Shown here in pieces: positions 25,370 through 33,887 of a stretch of DNA of 34,489 nt (within the stretch, counting starts at the first letter, position 1; every line of letters starts with the position of its first letter). This DNA is from a virus (lineage: Duplodnaviria > Caudoviricetes), in IMG/VR virus record IMGVR_UViG_3300017777_004285, positions 1 through 34,489 of that record; one strand, given 5' to 3'. Below the pieces are notes generated by a model that saw only the letters and a program-made list of their open reading frames with translations, was not told the origin of the DNA and did no database searches. The translations under genes were made by a program, and so were the position numbers.

Positions 25370-26207
25370 GTAATGCCTTTTCTATTCGTGTTACCCACTG
25401 TCCTGAAACCAATTCAGGAATTGTGTATTCAGTATGTGCAATTTCAACTAACCACTGCTGCCGATCAATTGTGTATGCATCTTCTAATTTATCTAAAGTT
25501 GTTGACACCGGCGACGCTAAACTTGTGGCATCAACTATGGGTCTAGTCCCGGCTATTGCTGCCTGTATTCCTGGTCCAGAGTTATGATTGATCACTGCAT
25601 GGTATGTCAGCTCCATGTCAAAACTATCATAGGTATTGGGCAATTTTTGTGGCACCTGCACAGCAACACCTGGCCATTTACCAAACACAGGGCTGCGTGG
25701 GTGTGGTCTGACCACAATGGCACGATCTGTGTGTTGCCTTACTCTGGCAATCTGATGCTCAATCCAGGCGTCTTGTGTTGACCATTCGGCCATTTGCAAG
25801 CTGTGTGCGTGTTGACTGCATATCAGCACTGCTGCTGATGTGGGCACCGTATCCTGTAGTTTGACCTTTAGCTGTGTGGGTCTATCATAATCCAAATTTT
25901 CTTGGTGTCCATAATAACCCTGGGCAGTGACATGGTTTACTGCCACTTTCCAAGTGTGCCCGCGATGCAATGCGCCAATATCAACAACAATCACCGGCTT
26001 TCCTACACGACGATAATGCTCGTAAATTACCTGGTTGGCTCGCATGCGCCCTGCCCACAACACTGACCAAATCACTGCAGCATCGGCATCCATTGCGCCC
26101 GGACGTGCTTCAATACCGTGGCGCAGCGCACCGGCCAGCAAGGCCTGCATGGGTTCCTTGGCGTTTAAAGCACAGCTATTTTGAAACCAGGCTAGAGTAC
26201 GTACCAC
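25362..26207 (-). CDS. KpsS/KpsC-like (Capsule_synth) glycosyltransferase
   Basis: VLICSQ...IVVRPHPR...VINHNSGPGIQAAIAGTRPIV; GTG start with AGGGA RBS. Confidence 0.65.
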   Translation of the reverse strand: MVRTLAWFQNSCALNAKEPMQALLAGALRHGIEARPGAMDADAAVIWSVLWAGRMRANQVIYEHYRRVGKPVIVVDIGALHRGHTWKVAVNHVTAQGYYGHQENLDYDRPTQLKVKLQDTVPTSAAVLICSQHAHSLQMAEWSTQDAWIEHQIARVRQHTDRAIVVRPHPRSPVFGKWPGVAVQVPQKLPNTYDSFDMELTYHAVINHNSGPGIQAAIAGTRPIVDATSLASPVSTTLDKLEDAYTIDRQQWLVEIAHTEYTIPELVSGQWVTRIEKALHG

Positions 26208-26213
26208 TAAATA
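26206..26213 (+). promoter_or_regulatory. T4-like late promoter (ACTAAATA), probably leaderless, heading the rightward glycan operon
   Basis: 5 nt upstream of the GTG at 26219. Confidence 0.6.
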
Positions 26214-26218
26214 TCCCT

Positions 26219-27037
26219 GTGAAATATACTATACTTACTACGTTTAATGAAGCAGGTTATAATCAATACGGTCAACGTATGATTGACACTTTTGCTCAAA
26301 CCTGGCCCGCCACTGTAACGCTGAGAGTTTATGCCGAAGGGTGTAAACATCTAGTCAATCACACTCAACACAATATTGAAGTGTATGATCTTGAAGAGTC
26401 ATCACCAGGACTGGTTCAATTCAAACAGACCTGGGCTGCAGTGCCCCGAGCCAATGGTGATGTCAGTGGCGATCCTGTGAGGTCAAAACGCAAGGATGCC
26501 GGCAAAGGATTCAAATGGAATGCAGTGCGATTCTCGCACAAAGTCTATGCGGTGTTCCATGCTGCTCAAACTGTCACTACGCCCTGGTTAATTTGGATGG
26601 ATGCCGACACCGTATGTCACAGCGTCATACCTGAAGAATTTTTAGATGCGATGTGCAAAGATCAACATGACCTGTGCTATCTTGGACGTCGTGGAAAGTT
26701 CAGTGAATGTGGCCTGTACGCAATGCAATTGCATACCAAAGGCATCAAACGATTCCTACGAGAATTTCAACACATGTACGATGAGGCCGAGCAAGGTATT
26801 TTTCTTTTAGATGAATGGCATGATAGTTTTGTGTTTGATGCTGTACGTCTACGCATTGACGGCTTGCGTCAACGTGACTGGGCCGCAGGATTGATCACTG
26901 GCGAAGGCCATCCACTGATCAATTCTCTGTGGGGTGCATATCTTGATCATCTCAAAGGCGACAGAAAAAACACCGGCAAAAGTCTACAACGAGATCTAAA
27001 GGTCCAGCGCACAGAAAGCTATTGGAGAGATCAGTAG
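26219..27037 (+). CDS. GT-A glycosyltransferase
   Basis: Start revised to the GTG at 26219 (MKYTILTTFN); AVRFSHKVYA, WLIWMDADT (DxD), SECG, EWHDSFVFD, DHLKG. Confidence 0.8.
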   Translation: MKYTILTTFNEAGYNQYGQRMIDTFAQTWPATVTLRVYAEGCKHLVNHTQHNIEVYDLEESSPGLVQFKQTWAAVPRANGDVSGDPVRSKRKDAGKGFKWNAVRFSHKVYAVFHAAQTVTTPWLIWMDADTVCHSVIPEEFLDAMCKDQHDLCYLGRRGKFSECGLYAMQLHTKGIKRFLREFQHMYDEAEQGIFLLDEWHDSFVFDAVRLRIDGLRQRDWAAGLITGEGHPLINSLWGAYLDHLKGDRKNTGKSLQRDLKVQRTESYWRDQ

Positions 27038-27846
27038 TGAAGAATTGGATCTATCTCAGCAAAAATGGCACAGACGAATACGTTGAATTATTTGCACAGG
27101 GTGCAAAAGTCGTACCCACTGTGTTGGAAACCTGGCGTTACGAAGACAGTCCGGCACCGTTGGTAATTCGTGGCATTCTCAAACACAAGATCATGAAGCA
27201 GTGTTGGGAAGATGGACGTAGATTTTTGTACATGGATTCAGGATACATAGGCAACCGCCGTAATCCAATTAATCCGCATGGTTTTAAAATTTGGCACCGC
27301 TTAGTACCAAACAATTTGCAGCACGATGCGGTCGTGCCAAGACCTGATGATCGCTGGCGACGACTGCAGCATCCTATATTGCCATTAAGGCACCGTGGCA
27401 GTAAGATTTTGTTGGCAGTGCCCGATGAAAAGCCTTGCAAGTTTTATGGGGTAGACCTAGACACCTGGACCAGCAACACTGTGAACTTGATCAAACAGTA
27501 CACAGATCGGCCCATTGAGATTCGTGATCGTAATCCCAATCGTCGTCAACGTTTGGTCAATGACATGGAAACGGCCCTACAAGATGATGTCTGGGCATTG
27601 GTGACATTTAACTCAATTGCTGCTACAGAAGCTGTGTTGGCCGGAGTCCCGGCATTTGCGTTGGCTCCATCTAATGCTGCTCGTCCAGTGGCCAACACTG
27701 ATTTATCACAACTTGAAACGCCCTGGTTTCCCGACGATGCAGAAAGACAACTATGGGCCAATCATCTTGCCTATGGGCAATTTAACAACAAAGAACTTGC
27801 TGATGGCACAGCACATCACATTATAAAGGAAACATTTGATGAATGA
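27037..27846 (+). CDS. Second KpsS/KpsC-like glycosyltransferase
   Basis: Start revised to the GTG at 27037; YMDSGY, TDRPIEIR, LVTFNSIAATEAVLAGVP. Confidence 0.6.
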   Translation: MKNWIYLSKNGTDEYVELFAQGAKVVPTVLETWRYEDSPAPLVIRGILKHKIMKQCWEDGRRFLYMDSGYIGNRRNPINPHGFKIWHRLVPNNLQHDAVVPRPDDRWRRLQHPILPLRHRGSKILLAVPDEKPCKFYGVDLDTWTSNTVNLIKQYTDRPIEIRDRNPNRRQRLVNDMETALQDDVWALVTFNSIAATEAVLAGVPAFALAPSNAARPVANTDLSQLETPWFPDDAERQLWANHLAYGQFNNKELADGTAHHIIKETFDE

Positions 27847-28486
27847 ATTCATGGGCTGGTGGTTTCCCAATGGTGAAACCCACTTCCAAAAGATGCTGAA
27901 CAAGAGCGTTACCAAAGGAGGGCCTGCACGTTATCAATATCAAGTACGAGATCGTAGCCTGACTTATGTTAAAAATTTTAGAGTTTCCCTAGATATTGGT
28001 GCCAACGTTGGACTTTGGAGTCGTGATCTATGTGAACGTTTTGAATCAGTGATTGCGTTTGAACCCGTGGAAATATTTCGTGACTGCTTGACAAAGAATG
28101 TCAACAGCACAAAGTTACATGTTGAATCAATTGCCCTAGGCGATCAAGCCACTACTGCTCGCATGAACATCACCATGGACAACATGGGACACACTCACAT
28201 TGACCCCGACAGTCTGGGCAATGGTGATACTGAGGTACGCAGACTTGATGACTACAACTACAATGACATTGACTACATTAAAATGGACTGCGAGGGATTT
28301 GAGTATCGCATAATACAAGGTGCCAAAGAAACCATTCAGAGATGTCGCCCTGTTGTGGTAGTAGAGCAAAAACCTCATGACGCATATAGCAATCAATACG
28401 GGCAACATGCTGCTGTTGGATTGCTGCGAGAATGGGGAATGGTACGGCTGGACCAAGTCAAGGATGATTGGATCATGGGATGGTAA
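27839..28486 (+). CDS. FkbM-family SAM methyltransferase
   Basis: LDIGANVG, AFEP, IALG, YIKMDCEGFE. Confidence 0.92.
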   Translation: MNEFMGWWFPNGETHFQKMLNKSVTKGGPARYQYQVRDRSLTYVKNFRVSLDIGANVGLWSRDLCERFESVIAFEPVEIFRDCLTKNVNSTKLHVESIALGDQATTARMNITMDNMGHTHIDPDSLGNGDTEVRRLDDYNYNDIDYIKMDCEGFEYRIIQGAKETIQRCRPVVVVEQKPHDAYSNQYGQHAAVGLLREWGMVRLDQVKDDWIMGW

Positions 28487-29442
28487 ATGCTGAAAATTAT
28501 AAGATTGTATTTTTTAGTGGCAGATTTAAGAACAAACGTGCCAGTCATAGACTCCGCGGCGAGCTCATGGCCAACACATTGGTCAGTATGGGCTACAATG
28601 CCACATGTGGACGCAGCCTTGATGGAGTTGATGCCAACACCACAGTGATATTCTTAAAAAATTCTCAACCCACAGATATACTTGAAGCCAAACGGCTTGG
28701 AGCACATACCATTTATGATCTCTGCGACAACAAGTTTGATGAAAAAGAAGAATATGCACCTTGCTGTGCTGTTGCCGATGCCATAACGGTCAACAGCGAA
28801 CAAATGGGCATCAGTGTCAAGGAAGCCACCGGACGTGACAGTACAGTGATTCCAGATCCAGCAGAACGTCCAGTATTAGAACCTTGTTTTGCGCCCGGCA
28901 GTGACATAAAATTATTGTGGTTTGGCAGCAGTGCCAGTTTAAAGTTTGTGCCTTGGGTAGAACTTTGGCAGCAACTTGAATCACAAATTAAAAATTATCA
29001 GTTCACAATAATCACTGCCAAGGCTGATCGAATAAAAAACAAGATGATAGAGCGTCAGAGGCGTGGGGTATTCTCAGGTGTGAATTTTGATAGGTTACAT
29101 TTTGTAGAGTGGAACTGGGAGTTGCAAGGGCAACTTCTATCTGCCACAGACATAGTGTTTATTCCGGTGGTACATACTAATTATAGAACTGATACCAAAA
29201 GCGCCAATCGTCTCATTGATGGATTGATGAGTGGTAAATTTGTAGTTACAACACCGCTGGCCAGTTATGTAGAATTTGAAGCGTGGACCTGGCAACAGCA
29301 AGATCTAATGTTGGGAATTCGCTGGGCCCGAGAGCATCCAGGCAAAACACTGATGAAGATTCAAGCCGGACAACAACATACTATTGAAAATTATAGTCCT
29401 CAGGCAATAGCACAACGATGGTTAGGAGTTATACATGGGTAG
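28480..29442 (+). CDS. GT-B glycosyltransferase-like protein
   Basis: ASHRLRG, IYDLCD, LLWFGS, KSANRLIDGLMSG, VVTTPLASY. Confidence 0.65.
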   Translation: MVNAENYKIVFFSGRFKNKRASHRLRGELMANTLVSMGYNATCGRSLDGVDANTTVIFLKNSQPTDILEAKRLGAHTIYDLCDNKFDEKEEYAPCCAVADAITVNSEQMGISVKEATGRDSTVIPDPAERPVLEPCFAPGSDIKLLWFGSSASLKFVPWVELWQQLESQIKNYQFTIITAKADRIKNKMIERQRRGVFSGVNFDRLHFVEWNWELQGQLLSATDIVFIPVVHTNYRTDTKSANRLIDGLMSGKFVVTTPLASYVEFEAWTWQQQDLMLGIRWAREHPGKTLMKIQAGQQHTIENYSPQAIAQRWLGVIHG

Positions 29443-30037
29443 TCCAAATGATTTAATTTATATCAAGACAGTATGTCCCGAAGTGACCGGTTCGGTATTA
29501 GAAGTTGGAGCTAGAGAAAACTCTACTGGGTTTCGAGGATACTTTGCCCCCACCAAAGGTGACGGTCCCAGAGTTGCAGAATATGTTGGCACCGACATTG
29601 AGCCCGGACTTGATGTTGACGTTGTTTGCGATTTAACAGCTCCTGAAAATCCGTTGCCAAAAAATCACTTTGATCTTGTGATCTGCTGCAGTGTAATGGA
29701 GCATGTACCAAATCCCTGGGTCATGGCTGAAAAAATATCAGAATTAGTAAAGCCTGGTGGCAAATTGTACATTGCAGTTCCGTGGGTTTGGAGATACCAT
29801 GGATACCCCAAAGACTATTATAGATTTACTCACAGTGCTATAGAGTACCTATATCCAGATTTTACATGGAGCAATTTTGCTTGGTCGAGCACCTCGGCAG
29901 ATGATATTCAATTTCAAGAAATGGATCAAATTTCTGAACGTAAAATGATAATTTCTGATTTTGATGAGGCTGGACGGAAAGCTAAGAAATATATTAAATA
30001 TTTGTCTATTAATATGCTTGGAACAAAAAAATGTTAG
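29435..30037 (+). CDS. Class I SAM-dependent methyltransferase
   Basis: VLEVGA, GTDIEPG, VDVVCDL, FDLVICCSVMEHV, VKPGG, HGYPKDYYRF. Confidence 0.9.
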   Translation: MGSPNDLIYIKTVCPEVTGSVLEVGARENSTGFRGYFAPTKGDGPRVAEYVGTDIEPGLDVDVVCDLTAPENPLPKNHFDLVICCSVMEHVPNPWVMAEKISELVKPGGKLYIAVPWVWRYHGYPKDYYRFTHSAIEYLYPDFTWSNFAWSSTSADDIQFQEMDQISERKMIISDFDEAGRKAKKYIKYLSINMLGTKKC

Positions 30038-30588
30038 CCGAAGTAGTAGCAACTTTTAAATCCGCTGGACACCCAGTGCGCTTGCATCTTGGCTGTGGCA
30101 CTGTAAAACTTCCAGGATGGATCAACGTAGACGGTGAGTATATGCAGCACGATCCTGATGTTGTGATACAAGATATCACCAAGCCATTTGCACTGGCAGA
30201 CAACACCGTAGATGAAATACTCACTGTACATGTGGTGGAGCATCTCAGCCGACAATATGTGATGCCTATGTTCTGTGAGTTTTATAGAATATGTCGTCCT
30301 GGAGGATCTGTTGCCATGGAGTGGCCGGACCTGCTAAAAATGTGCCTGGAGGTTGTAAAACATCCTGATTGTTTTTGGACCACAGACAAACGGCTGACCA
30401 AACGCACAGTGTCTGGTATCTACGGTGACTCGGCACGTTATCCTGATCCCACAATGTTACACAAGTGGGGATACAGCGCCGAATCAATGTGTCGTTTGTT
30501 TCGAGAAGCTGGGTTTTCTCGTACAGAGATACAACCTAACCAATTTGGTAAAAGTAGCATTGACTCAAGAGTGGTGGTAACGAAATAA
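30031..30588 (+). CDS. Class I SAM-dependent methyltransferase
   Basis: LHLGCG, GWINVD, HVVEHL, RPGG, PDL. Confidence 0.9.
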   Translation: MLAEVVATFKSAGHPVRLHLGCGTVKLPGWINVDGEYMQHDPDVVIQDITKPFALADNTVDEILTVHVVEHLSRQYVMPMFCEFYRICRPGGSVAMEWPDLLKMCLEVVKHPDCFWTTDKRLTKRTVSGIYGDSARYPDPTMLHKWGYSAESMCRLFREAGFSRTEIQPNQFGKSSIDSRVVVTK

Positions 30589-31340
30589 TGGCAGCACGTA
30601 TTGTACAACAATTTCACGGCTATAGTGGCAGCAAGATTTTCTTGATGACCAAACACGGCCGGTTATTTGTGCGCAAGCAAGGTAACATTGCTAGGAATCT
30701 TGAAAGATACACAGTATTGGCAAAACAAATTCCGTCAGTGCCAATGCCAGAAATATATCATGTGTTTGATGATACCATAGACATGGAATATATTGATGGC
30801 CTTGACATGCGCACATACTTGATTGAGCAAGATCCTGAACCACTGCTAGATTTTTTAAAGTTGACTCTAACCAAGTTTACCATGTCTGTGCAGTGGACTG
30901 ATTACCGTGACATCATGGAACATTGGCTAGATATGATTGACCTTGATGCAATGCCATTCACTGCTGAGGAAATTTTAAACCGTGTGCCCACCAAGCTACC
31001 CAAAAGTCACTATCATGGCGACCTAACACTTGAAAACATATTGTGGCATCCCACCAAAGGATTTTATCTAATTGATTCCCAGAGTGGAATATGGAACAGT
31101 TATATTTTTGATATCTGCAAACTTCGTCAAGACATTGAATGCGGCTGGTTTCTACGCAACAATCCTGCAGACCTTGATGCAACACTACAGTACCTACAAC
31201 AAGGATTACTGACCCAATGGCCTGATGCTGACAATCCTGCATTGCTGACCTTGATGTTATTGCGCATTTACCGTTATTGTGATTCCAACAGCGAAGAACA
31301 AAAATTTATTGTAGAGGCAATTGAAAATTTATGGAAATAA
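30588..31340 (+). CDS. APH/choline-kinase-family phosphotransferase
   Basis: GYSGS, VRK, MEYIDG, HGDLTLENIL, YLID, DICKLRQD. Confidence 0.85.
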   Translation: MAARIVQQFHGYSGSKIFLMTKHGRLFVRKQGNIARNLERYTVLAKQIPSVPMPEIYHVFDDTIDMEYIDGLDMRTYLIEQDPEPLLDFLKLTLTKFTMSVQWTDYRDIMEHWLDMIDLDAMPFTAEEILNRVPTKLPKSHYHGDLTLENILWHPTKGFYLIDSQSGIWNSYIFDICKLRQDIECGWFLRNNPADLDATLQYLQQGLLTQWPDADNPALLTLMLLRIYRYCDSNSEEQKFIVEAIENLWK

Positions 31341-32353
31341 TAGTACCAGCTGCTGGCCTAAGCACTCGCTTTCCGGGCATGCGGCCAAAATACACACTGA
31401 CTGATCACAACGGATCCATGATGATTGAACGTGCCATTGAACAATATGTCGGTCAACATCGCGTCACAATTGGTGTACTCAAAGAGCATGTAGAGTCGTA
31501 TCCAGTGCTTAGGTACCTCAAAGAAAAATACAGCGATCGTATCAATCATGTGATATTAGATCAGCCTACAACGGGCCCAGCTCATACAGTTCGTGAAATA
31601 ATTGCACGAGCTAACATTGATCTTGACAGTGAAATACTGATCAAAGACTGCGATAGCTTTTTTTCTCACAACAACCCACCTGGTAATTATGTGTGTGTCA
31701 GCGACATTGCTCATCATGAAATTTTAAAGCGGCTGACCAGTAAGAGTTTTGTACGTATCGATGAGCACAATGTCATCACTGACATTGCGGAAAAACAAAT
31801 TATTGGCGATTTATTTTGTGTAGGCGGATACAAATTTGCTAGTGCCAAAATATTTGTCAATGCCTATGATGAATTACACTATCGCAATGGCGAAATATTT
31901 GTCAGCCATGTCATACAGCACTGCTTGTCACAAGGTAATATGTTTTTTGCTGAGACTGTTGATCAATACGTTGATGTTGGTACTGCCGAAGATTGGCATG
32001 CTTATAATGATTTGGCTGTGATCTTTTGTGACATTGACGGTACAGTGGTACATGCACAAACCAGAGAAGAATTTGGTGAGCCACCTGTGCCCTTGGTTAA
32101 GAATATCAAATTAATTCAAGACATGGTTGCTCAAGGATCGCAACTGATGTTTACCACTGCACGACCCACAGAACGTTATGATGAAATCTACTCCATGCTT
32201 GAAGATCTGGGATTCAGAGATTTTACTTTGATCACTGGATTAAAGAATGTCAAACGCATATTAATTAACGATTACAACACTGCCAACCCTTATCCAAGAG
32301 CCATAGCCGTCAACATACCCCGAGACAGCGATACCATGGGAGACTTTTTGTGA
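31331..32353 (+). CDS. Sugar-phosphate nucleotidyltransferase fused to a HAD-superfamily phosphatase
   Basis: IIVPAAGLSTRF...PK, DCD, DVGT; C-terminal IFCDIDGT, FTTAR, LIND. Confidence 0.85.
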   Translation: MEIIVPAAGLSTRFPGMRPKYTLTDHNGSMMIERAIEQYVGQHRVTIGVLKEHVESYPVLRYLKEKYSDRINHVILDQPTTGPAHTVREIIARANIDLDSEILIKDCDSFFSHNNPPGNYVCVSDIAHHEILKRLTSKSFVRIDEHNVITDIAEKQIIGDLFCVGGYKFASAKIFVNAYDELHYRNGEIFVSHVIQHCLSQGNMFFAETVDQYVDVGTAEDWHAYNDLAVIFCDIDGTVVHAQTREEFGEPPVPLVKNIKLIQDMVAQGSQLMFTTARPTERYDEIYSMLEDLGFRDFTLITGLKNVKRILINDYNTANPYPRAIAVNIPRDSDTMGDFL

Positions 32354-33207
32354 TAGCAGTGTTCTATACCGGTGATGTGCGACACAATCAAGACATAGCC
32401 GTGGCCAATCATAAACTGTTGATTGATTGTCTAAATGGACTAGCACCCGTCAACGTATATAGATTCACCAGAGATGATCCTGACCGTGGTGAATGCCCCT
32501 ATGATCCTCCATTGGACATTGATGACCCAGATGTTGTGTATCGTCGAGGACAGGGCGGTGCAGTACAGGTCTGGGATTTTATGCGCAGTGTGCAACGTAC
32601 ACAAGAACCCATTGTGATTAGATTGAGAACTGATCTATGGTTCACCGCCTCTAGCATAGCGGTCATGGTCAACGAAGTACAAGCACTCGTCAACAATGAG
32701 TACGGCATAGCATACTTTGGTAGTGATTGGGTCAACGACACTATTGGGGAAGAAAATCTAAAATTAGCGGTTGACATCAATTATGACCCACATGTACAAG
32801 ATTTTGTTGTGGCAGCTCGCAGAGATAGTTTAAAAAGTTTTGAGTCTGTAATGGCAAAAATGGACCAAGTTATTCCCAACAAACGTCGCAGTGGCAATAA
32901 AACGTTTAGATATATTGTGCCCAATGCTCAAGTTGGCGAAGACAGATGGGAGCAGACAGTCAAGACTTATAGAATACTGTGCCAAATTTATTTGATACGT
33001 CAAGATTATATCAAGTACCCCGACGATATGTTGGTGTGTCGTGACTACATACAAAGTTACATTGTTGATGATAAAATCAAATCCGTGAAGAAAAACTTGA
33101 TGTTGCCACACCTTATGCAGGATGCCGTGAACTGGTGGCGGCAACAGCAGGGGTCTGACCCCCAAGAAATTTGTAGCAATAACTGGTGGAATTGGCAAAA
33201 ATTATGA
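32350..33207 (+). CDS. Putative glycosyltransferase-like protein, paralog A
   Basis: MIAVFYTG, QVWDF, IRLRTD, VQDFVV, SGNKTFR. Confidence 0.5.
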   Translation: MIAVFYTGDVRHNQDIAVANHKLLIDCLNGLAPVNVYRFTRDDPDRGECPYDPPLDIDDPDVVYRRGQGGAVQVWDFMRSVQRTQEPIVIRLRTDLWFTASSIAVMVNEVQALVNNEYGIAYFGSDWVNDTIGEENLKLAVDINYDPHVQDFVVAARRDSLKSFESVMAKMDQVIPNKRRSGNKTFRYIVPNAQVGEDRWEQTVKTYRILCQIYLIRQDYIKYPDDMLVCRDYIQSYIVDDKIKSVKKNLMLPHLMQDAVNWWRQQQGSDPQEICSNNWWNWQKL

Positions 33208-33887
33208 TAGGTATATTTTATATAGGCGAAACAAAATTTGCCGACATTGGTCGGGCCAACCATGAAAAATTATGGAGTAGGTTAAGAGAAAATTGGCCTA
33301 TACAAATTTATGATTACACATGGGACCAGGCTTGGCCAAGAAATTGCCCCAGTGATCTATCAGGTGTTGTCCAGGTCTGGGATTTTTACAAAGCATTGTC
33401 ACTGATGTCTGAGAAATACATAATTAAAATGCGCACTGATGTTTGGTTAAGCGATGCTGCGGTTGACGTCGTTTTCAAAGAACTGTCAATGATTGTCAAT
33501 GATGAAAATGATCTTTCATACATTGGCATGGAGTTGCTTACAGACTTTGGGACAACCTATAATCGTATTCCAGCTCAAGGATTTCCCAAAGTACAAGACT
33601 TTGTGATATGTGCCAACCGAGCAAAAATACCCCCAACTGACACCCCACTGTGGGAAGGTCAAAACATTAAAAAATTAAAAAGTGGAAATAGAACGTTTAG
33701 ATTATTGATGTTGCCCGAAACTCGTGCTTATACAGTGCGAACTCACATGCCCCTGATAAGGAACAATTATAAACATCCTGATGAGTGGCAAATTACCTAT
33801 GACTTTGTATCTCAATATCACAAAAACGATGCAGCAGTAGCTTGGTGGAGTTTAAAGAACCCAAAAAATGCCCAGCGAATATTATAA
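33204..33887 (+). CDS. Putative glycosyltransferase-like protein, paralog B
   Basis: Start revised to the ATG at 33204 (ATGA overlap); MIGIFYIG, QVWDF, IKMRTD, VQDFVI, SGNRTFR. Confidence 0.5.
   Translation: MIGIFYIGETKFADIGRANHEKLWSRLRENWPIQIYDYTWDQAWPRNCPSDLSGVVQVWDFYKALSLMSEKYIIKMRTDVWLSDAAVDVVFKELSMIVNDENDLSYIGMELLTDFGTTYNRIPAQGFPKVQDFVICANRAKIPPTDTPLWEGQNIKKLKSGNRTFRLLMLPETRAYTVRTHMPLIRNNYKHPDEWQITYDFVSQYHKNDAAVAWWSLKNPKNAQRIL

Noticed and set aside
25970-26218. N-terminal 83 codons of the 355-aa ORF
   Set aside because: Antisense to the 25362..26207 gene; the GT-like sequence starts at GTG 26219, right after a late motif.
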